This document shows, piece by piece, positions 58,418 to 64,000 of a DNA stretch of 64,000 bases. The stretch lies in the IMG/VR virus record IMGVR_UViG_3300027971_000001. One strand, 5' to 3'. The stretch comes from a virus (taxonomy: Duplodnaviria; Caudoviricetes). Positions within the stretch are counted from its first letter, which is position 1. The number at the start of each line of letters is the position of its first letter. A model generated the notes under the pieces. It was not told the origin of the DNA. It made no database searches and worked only from the letters and a program-made list of their open reading frames with translations. The position numbers and the translations under genes were made by a program.

Positions 58418-58951
58418 TTGGCAACCTGTAAAATAAGGGTTGTGAAAAGACTATCTTTGGAAAAGAATGTGGATCGGGATTATTTGTTAAACAATTATTT
58501 TTATAATCCCGATACAGGTAAAATTTGTCGTATATGTAATTTTTTTAATAATAAAATAATGTATCCTATTAAGACATTGAATTCTTCTGGTTATTCAACC
58601 ATTAAAGTTTGTGGTCAAAACTATCAAACTCATCATGTAGCATTTTATATGATGCATGGATTTCTTCCTCGTTTACCTTATACGATTGATCATATTAATG
58701 GAAATAGATCTGATAATCGATTAAAAAATTTAAGAATTGCTAATAAAACTTTACAAAACATTAATAGAAAAAAACAAAGAGGAGCACATTTTCACAAATC
58801 AAAAGGTGTTTGGATATCCCAAATACAAATTAATAGGAAAAAATATCATCTGGGATGTTTTATCACCAGAAAAGAAGCATATATAGCTTATAATAAAGCT
58901 TTGCGCATGTTTAAAATGCCCAGAGACTGTTTTAATAAAATAAAAAAATGA
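58418..58951 (+). CDS. HNH homing endonuclease with C-terminal AP2-like DNA-binding domain (start uncertain)
   Basis: HHVAFYMMHG...IDHINGNRSDNRLKNLRIA...N, then GAHFHKSKGVWISQIQINRKKYHLGCF...EAYIAY. Confidence 0.88.
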   Translation: MATCKIRVVKRLSLEKNVDRDYLLNNYFYNPDTGKICRICNFFNNKIMYPIKTLNSSGYSTIKVCGQNYQTHHVAFYMMHGFLPRLPYTIDHINGNRSDNRLKNLRIANKTLQNINRKKQRGAHFHKSKGVWISQIQINRKKYHLGCFITRKEAYIAYNKALRMFKMPRDCFNKIKK

Positions 58952-59154
58952 AGAAGACAATTGAATATGACAATTATGATTATGGTGTGATTCTATTATT
59001 ACAATCATATTTGGAACGTCTTATGGAAGAACAGCCCAATTTGAATTCTTTAAAAAACAAATATTACCAAGAACCTTATGAAAAAGGTCAACAAAGCATA
59101 CTCAAATTCAATAAAGCATTCGGAGAAATGCTTGAAACCTTCAATACAAAATGA
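58948..59154 (+). CDS. Hypothetical protein
   Basis: 68 aa; 4-nt overlaps with both neighbours. Confidence 0.5.
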   Translation: MKKTIEYDNYDYGVILLLQSYLERLMEEQPNLNSLKNKYYQEPYEKGQQSILKFNKAFGEMLETFNTK

Positions 59155-59339
59155 GCTTTTTTAAAAAATCAGATAGTGAATATAAAGAATTTATAAAAAA
59201 ATACAGTAACGCTTTTAGTGCTACCATTGAGGATGTGGATAGGGATGCTAAAGCCAGCATCAAATCAAACTATTGTTTGAATAAAATATATGATCTTTTT
59301 TTGGATTTTATAATTGATTCAAAAAGAATACTAAAATAA
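59151..59339 (+). CDS. Hypothetical protein
   Basis: 62 aa; ATGA overlap with the previous gene. Confidence 0.5.
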   Translation: MSFFKKSDSEYKEFIKKYSNAFSATIEDVDRDAKASIKSNYCLNKIYDLFLDFIIDSKRILK

Positions 59340-59348
59340 CTTTATATA

Positions 59349-60413
59349 TTAAAGTTTAATATCTGCAAAATCGTCATCGCTCAGATCTGTTTTCCTGGCA
59401 CCAACCTTGTAGCTGCTGATTTCTGTTTCTTGCGGGGCCACTTGAACCTTGCTGCTATCCATATAACTATCCAACCAACCTGATAATGGATTTTCTTTTT
59501 GATTAAAAATCTTTTTATATCCTATAGAACGAAGACGATTATCACAAAGCCATTTGCTGTATCCACTGATAACTTCAGCATTTAGACCCAGAAGATTTCC
59601 TTTACTGAAAAGATAATTTGCCCATTCCATTTCATTCTTTGCGGCCTGTTCATAGAATGCATAAATTTTATCTTCACTCTTTTTAACAATACTTGTAAAT
59701 CCTTCCTTTTCTTCATCCCTTAATATTTTAATAAGATTCTGGGTAACGCCGAAATGCAAAGCTTCGTCTCGTTGAATAAACTTTATGATTTTGGCATTAC
59801 CTTCCATTTTTCCCCTGTACCCAAAATAAAAGCTACAAGCAAAGCTCACATAGAATACCAAACCTTCCATCACATTAACTGAAAGAATACAATCAAATAT
59901 TTTTTGTTTATTATCTTTTTTATCATCATCACCAAGAATTTTATCAAAATTATTCCGGATCAATTCAGCCCGGGATACAATTTCCTTATCTTCCATGATG
60001 CTGTCAAAGAATTCAGTTGGATCTGGATATACATTATTGAGCAAATAACTGTAGCTATAACTGTGTATTCCTTCAAACTGCGCCCATGTGTTCATGCATA
60101 TTTCCAATTCAGGATTACTGACATATTCCTTTAATGAATGGATACTTCTGGAAAGCATGCTGTCTCCTAGTGTTTGAAATCTTAGATTGCTATCAAAAAC
60201 AAAACGTTCTGTGTCTGTCAAATCCTTGTAATCGCTACGATCCTTGGCCAATGTGATTTCATGTGGCCACCAAAAGTTTTCATTTTGCTTTTTAAACAAT
60301 TCGAAAAATATGGGATATTTGAAACGATCATATCTTTGCAAATTCAGATCTTCACCAAGAAACAAAGGTTGCTTGGTGGTATCTACATTTTTAAGATTAA
60401 GAACGCTTTTCAT
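59349..60413 (-). CDS. nrdB: Ribonucleotide reductase class Ia beta subunit
   Basis: FWWPHEI, FQTLGDS, EGIHSYSY (radical Tyr in the E. coli Y122 position), EGLVFYVSF, DEALH and C-terminal VAPQETEISSY. Confidence 0.97.
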   Translation of the reverse strand: MKSVLNLKNVDTTKQPLFLGEDLNLQRYDRFKYPIFFELFKKQNENFWWPHEITLAKDRSDYKDLTDTERFVFDSNLRFQTLGDSMLSRSIHSLKEYVSNPELEICMNTWAQFEGIHSYSYSYLLNNVYPDPTEFFDSIMEDKEIVSRAELIRNNFDKILGDDDKKDNKQKIFDCILSVNVMEGLVFYVSFACSFYFGYRGKMEGNAKIIKFIQRDEALHFGVTQNLIKILRDEEKEGFTSIVKKSEDKIYAFYEQAAKNEMEWANYLFSKGNLLGLNAEVISGYSKWLCDNRLRSIGYKKIFNQKENPLSGWLDSYMDSSKVQVAPQETEISSYKVGARKTDLSDDDFADIKL

Positions 60414-60436
60414 TGGTTTTATTTATATCAGCAGGA

Positions 60437-62710
60437 TCATAATTTGCAAGCACCACTGCTACAATCCCGGTCTTCTTTTTGATTCATCAACTGTTCTTTA
60501 TCTCCGTCATCTGTATTGTTATAATAAAGACTGATTAACCCAAGACTGTAAGCATACATGATTTCCTTCATGACTATTGCATCAGGAAGAACATTATTTT
60601 CATAATGGCTGTAATTGTAATAAACATTGGTGCTTATGGCCATGTCTATGTATTTTTGAATAATTGCATTAATGTTAAGCAAACCTTTATTGCTCCTAAG
60701 ATCATAAGCCAGTTGATAATTCTTTTCATATTTTCCTATTCCAGGAACAAGCACAGGCAGTTTTCCCATTTTGCTCATTTTATATGTGATTAATGAACGA
60801 ATAGGTTCAACACCATTTGTGCTGGATTGTATCACGCTACTACTTTCACACGGCATGCAACTGCTGAGTGTACTGTGACGCAACCCGTATTTTTCTATGT
60901 CTTTTCGCAAACGATCCCAATCACATGAAAGCTTACGCTTAGTCAAACTTTTAATGCTGTCTTTGAATGTATCAATTGGCAATATTCCTTTGCTGTATTT
61001 TGTGTGATTAAACTTTTCACAAGAACCACGTTCTTCTGCCAGCTTGTTGCTGCTTTTCAAAAGATAATATTGGAAATATTCCATCCATTCATCCAACAAA
61101 GGAATGGCTTTTTCATCATCATAATTCACTTCATGCTTTGCCAGAAATGCAGCAAGATTGGTGATTCCAATACCAAGACTCCGGCGTTTGTGTGCAAAGT
61201 TCTTGGCAGCAACATTGAAGTAATCCTGCAAATCAATGATCTCCTCTAAAAATCTGACAGTCAAATCACAAACCCTTTCCAGTTCATTCCAGTTTTTTAT
61301 TTCCAGCATGTTAATGGCACTGAGAATACACATGCCTATTTCAGCTTCAGGATCATGATAATCCCGCATAGGAATGGTGGGATGAATGACTTCTGTACAA
61401 AGATTGCTCATGGTGATCTTGTCCAGCCATGCACCATGTTCATTTGCATTATCCACATTTAAAATATAAATTCTTCCTGTTTCCACTCGTTCTTTTATAA
61501 TCGTACCAAAAAGCTTTCTGGCATTGATCTTCTTTTTTATCTTTAAACGACGACTTTCACATTCCTTGTAAACTTTATCAAAACTGTCCGTTCCCCAAGC
61601 TTCAAAAAGTTCAGGTACTTCATGCGGACTGAAAAGTGTCACATCCTCATTGTTGCGTACCCTTTCATAAAACATTTTGCTCATTCCTACTGTATAATCC
61701 AGTTTGCGAACACGATTGTCATCTGTTCCTGCATTGTTTTTCAAAACAACAATATCTTCAATCTCATAATGCCACCATTGAATGTTGCATGTGGCACTTC
61801 CTCCCCGAAGACCGTTTTGTTGCCATGCCTTCACACTAGCTTCATATATCTTCAAAAATGGAATAAGACCGGTATGAACCACTTCACCATTCTTCACAGC
61901 TGAACCTGCTGCACGAATGCGACTCACATCAATTCCAATACCACAACGATTAGCAGTGGCCATGCTGACGGCAGTGGCACTGCTGGTTATGCTATCCTTG
62001 GTGTCATCCACACCTATGAGACAGCAACTGGCATAATTGCGACTGGTGGTTCGAACACCAGCCATGACTGGAGTAGGCAAATTGATTTTGTGCTTGCTGA
62101 TTGCATTATAAAATCTTCGAACATATTCCATTCGGGTTTCTTCTGGATAATTCATAAATGCTGTCATGCTGATCAGCATATAAGCAAACTGGGGAGTTTC
62201 GTGAATTTCTCCACTCACCCGATCTTTGATCAGATATTTGTCACAAAGCTGTTTGATGCCAGCATACGTGAAAAGATAATCCCGATCATGATCGATATCT
62301 TCTCCGATTTTGTTGATTTCAATATCACTATATTTTTCCAGAATGACCGGATCATAAATTTTCTTTTTTACACCGACATGCATAAAATCCTTCAAACGGG
62401 GTGGATGTTTTCCTCCCCAAACATCTTTTCGAAGTTGATAATTTAGCAAACGTCCTGCCACAAACTGATAATTTGGATGTTCAACGCTGATAAGATTAGC
62501 AGCACTTTCGATGATCAATTTGTGAATTTCCTCGGTACTGATGCCATCATGAAAGTTTATATTTGCATTGATTTCAATATCGCTGGGACTGACACCTGTA
62601 TAACCATTGATTGCCCATTCAATTACCTTGGTGATTTTGGTCAGGTCAAATTTTTCCGACTTGCCGTTTCTTTTCTTTACGAGAATTTGTTTCATGGATA
62701 GAGTAGTCAT
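60437..62710 (-). CDS. nrdA: Ribonucleotide reductase class Ia alpha subunit with N-terminal ATP cone
   Basis: VKKRNG ATP cone, SCCL, GLRGGSAT, SNLCTE, MPCESSS, SLYY and C-terminal CSSGACKL. Confidence 0.97.
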   Translation of the reverse strand: MTTLSMKQILVKKRNGKSEKFDLTKITKVIEWAINGYTGVSPSDIEINANINFHDGISTEEIHKLIIESAANLISVEHPNYQFVAGRLLNYQLRKDVWGGKHPPRLKDFMHVGVKKKIYDPVILEKYSDIEINKIGEDIDHDRDYLFTYAGIKQLCDKYLIKDRVSGEIHETPQFAYMLISMTAFMNYPEETRMEYVRRFYNAISKHKINLPTPVMAGVRTTSRNYASCCLIGVDDTKDSITSSATAVSMATANRCGIGIDVSRIRAAGSAVKNGEVVHTGLIPFLKIYEASVKAWQQNGLRGGSATCNIQWWHYEIEDIVVLKNNAGTDDNRVRKLDYTVGMSKMFYERVRNNEDVTLFSPHEVPELFEAWGTDSFDKVYKECESRRLKIKKKINARKLFGTIIKERVETGRIYILNVDNANEHGAWLDKITMSNLCTEVIHPTIPMRDYHDPEAEIGMCILSAINMLEIKNWNELERVCDLTVRFLEEIIDLQDYFNVAAKNFAHKRRSLGIGITNLAAFLAKHEVNYDDEKAIPLLDEWMEYFQYYLLKSSNKLAEERGSCEKFNHTKYSKGILPIDTFKDSIKSLTKRKLSCDWDRLRKDIEKYGLRHSTLSSCMPCESSSVIQSSTNGVEPIRSLITYKMSKMGKLPVLVPGIGKYEKNYQLAYDLRSNKGLLNINAIIQKYIDMAISTNVYYNYSHYENNVLPDAIVMKEIMYAYSLGLISLYYNNTDDGDKEQLMNQKEDRDCSSGACKL

Positions 62711-62842
62711 TTAGTTGTACCACACAATTCGTCAAATCAATATTTTTTCTTTTGATTCGAAAGAATTTTTTTCGATACATTTTTATTTAGAGTTGAACAC
62801 GTAAAAATTTTTTTTGTGATGGTAAAAAAGTAAATACAACTG

Positions 62843-62870
62843 TTGACACACCATCAACAACATATACAAT
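62843..62870 (+). promoter_or_regulatory. Candidate sigma70-type promoter
   Basis: TTGACA (62843-62848), 16-nt spacer, TACAAT (62865-62870); the downstream gene has an AAGGAG SD. Confidence 0.45.
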
Positions 62871-62925
62871 TCGATAATCATGATAAAAAAAACTTTCAAC
62901 AACGATATAAAGGAGTAACCTAAAA

Positions 62926-63108
62926 ATGAAACATATAGAACAAATAAAAGACGAATATGGAAATCTTATGCAGTTATGGGGTATATATGAACAAACCCAG
63001 CAGGTGCTTTTGGAAGAGGGAAAACGTATCAATATTAAAAAGAAATTGCTGGTTACATTTGAATCACTGGCAGCTGCAAATCATTTTTTGAAAAAACATG
63101 AATCCTAA
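62926..63108 (+). CDS. Hypothetical protein, 60 aa
   Basis: AAGGAG SD upstream, one of few SD-led genes in the window. Confidence 0.6.
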   Translation: MKHIEQIKDEYGNLMQLWGIYEQTQQVLLEEGKRINIKKKLLVTFESLAAANHFLKKHES

Positions 63109-63187
63109 ATTGTTTGAATACTTTATTGTAATATTGGGTGTTATTGCAAATATTGTGCTGATTGTTAATGCTCTGCATCATTGGTAA
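63098..63187 (+). CDS. Small single-pass membrane peptide, 29 aa; not in the supplied track
   Basis: MNPKLFEYFIVILGVIANIVLIVNALHHW; overlaps the previous stop and fills the gap to 63203. Confidence 0.5.
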   Translation: MNPKLFEYFIVILGVIANIVLIVNALHHW

Positions 63188-63202
63188 ATTGTAAATAATT
63201 GG

Positions 63203-63949
63203 GTGACATTTGCTTTTTACAAAAAACTATTGTTGGGCGAGGAAGGTGGCTTTCAACAGCAATATCTAGGTAAATTGCTGGAACCAGGAGAAACCAGCCG
63301 AAATCATCGTTTGATTTATGCAACAAAGCTGGCATTGAGAGGTCGTCCTGTGCCTCAACAAATTCAGGACGTTATATTATCCTCTCCTTTTGAAAGTACT
63401 GTTTTTGCATATAATTTGAAAATGAATGATGTGGAACCAGAAGAAAAATATCTAAAGGTTATTGCCCTTCAACCATCCAAATCCGAGCAATATGCCAAAT
63501 TGGTGGTGGATAAAGGAGATAAAGTACCAGAAGTTATTTTGCAAAGCATAAGCAATGATCCAAAAACTTCAGAACGTTTTGCAAGTCATTTGAGCATGAG
63601 CAATGTAAGCCAGTATCATAAAAATGTGGATGGAAAAGAGGTGAGCATACGCAGGGCCAAAGCAGTGCCTATTCCTGAAATCATATTGAATGGAATAGCA
63701 GGTGATCCAGAAGTGGCATATGGATTTTTATATTATATTATAAAATACGACAAAAAGAAAGCTCCAGAAATTTTGATAAAAGGATTGGCAACTCGCCCTG
63801 ATTTGGCAATCGATTTGGAAAAGCATTACCGCAATTTAAATTTAAGTGCACCAGACAGTTTGCATCAAATCATTAGCACCAGCAAACAATTGCAAAATGC
63901 TGTTGCAAACAAAAAGAAACGGGGAGGAAAGGGCGGGGCATTTTTGTGA
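63203..63949 (+). CDS. Alpha-helical repeat protein (paralogue of 57301)
   Basis: GRPVPQQIQDVILSSP, GDKVPEVILQSISNDP, IPEIILNGIAGDPEVAY; GTG start 5 nt after TAAATA. Confidence 0.6.
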   Translation: MTFAFYKKLLLGEEGGFQQQYLGKLLEPGETSRNHRLIYATKLALRGRPVPQQIQDVILSSPFESTVFAYNLKMNDVEPEEKYLKVIALQPSKSEQYAKLVVDKGDKVPEVILQSISNDPKTSERFASHLSMSNVSQYHKNVDGKEVSIRRAKAVPIPEIILNGIAGDPEVAYGFLYYIIKYDKKKAPEILIKGLATRPDLAIDLEKHYRNLNLSAPDSLHQIISTSKQLQNAVANKKKRGGKGGAFL

Positions 63950-64000
63950 AAACCTACCGGTTCTTTATTGAGGACGTAAAGCAGAATTTATATGATCAAA

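Noticed and set aside
32032-62710. Inteins or group I introns in terL, primase, nrdA and nrdB
   Set aside because: Lengths are typical, motifs are contiguous and no splicing motifs or internal stops were seen.
62711-62760. NrdR box upstream of nrdA
   Set aside because: No convincing match to the palindromic NrdR consensus.
1-64000. Stop-codon reassignment as in some large phages
   Set aside because: Conserved genes (terL, sheath, nrdA/B, primase) are full length in the standard code, and TAA, TAG and TGA all terminate genes at sensible positions.
1-64000. Eukaryotic giant-virus or cellular origin suggested by GT17, lectin and propeller genes
   Set aside because: T4-like terminase, sheath, tube, baseplate, primase and clamp loader, operonic overlaps and intrinsic terminators indicate a tailed bacteriophage.
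1-64000. tRNA, rRNA or structured ncRNA genes
   Set aside because: Intergenic gaps are short and AT-rich with no cloverleaf or T-loop motif visible by eye; tRNAscan-SE/Infernal would be needed to exclude them fully.

Overview
The whole window is a fragment of a large, AT-rich (roughly 30% GC by eye), T4-like contractile-tailed (myovirus-type) phage genome in the standard genetic code. Bases 1-33.7 kb are mostly minus-strand morphogenesis genes: a partial gp13-like neck gene, a 14-kb block of large lectin/beta-propeller/PKD baseplate-fibre proteins, gp6, gp25 and gp53 baseplate wedges, hub, tape-measure candidate, tube-fold paralogues, tail tube, tail sheath and large terminase. A clamp-loader gene and a possible small terminase sit inside this block. 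Bases 33.7-40 kb hold putative head/internal proteins, a Pol-beta-type nucleotidyltransferase, a gp14-like neck gene and DNA primase. Bases 40-45 kb are a four-gene glycosyltransferase/methyltransferase operon that converges on a tail-fibre cassette (45-51 kb) with three paralogous beta-propeller proteins between two fibre chaperones. The right end has an AAA ATPase, a Nudix hydrolase, repeat proteins, an HNH-AP2 endonuclease and class Ia nrdA/nrdB. No tRNA, rRNA, CRISPR array, integrase, portal, major capsid or DNA polymerase gene was seen. Best leads: (1) a possible virion glycosylation system (GT/MTase operon plus LS[A/G/S] enrichment in virion proteins); (2) a TAAATA motif 3-9 nt before most late start codons with no Shine-Dalgarno; (3) a shared N-terminal leader resembling a capsid-targeting sequence; (4) recently homogenised 129-bp repeats in a receptor-binding propeller; (5) a hairpin-occluded SD with an ATC start. 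All family assignments are motif recognition by eye; no database search was run.
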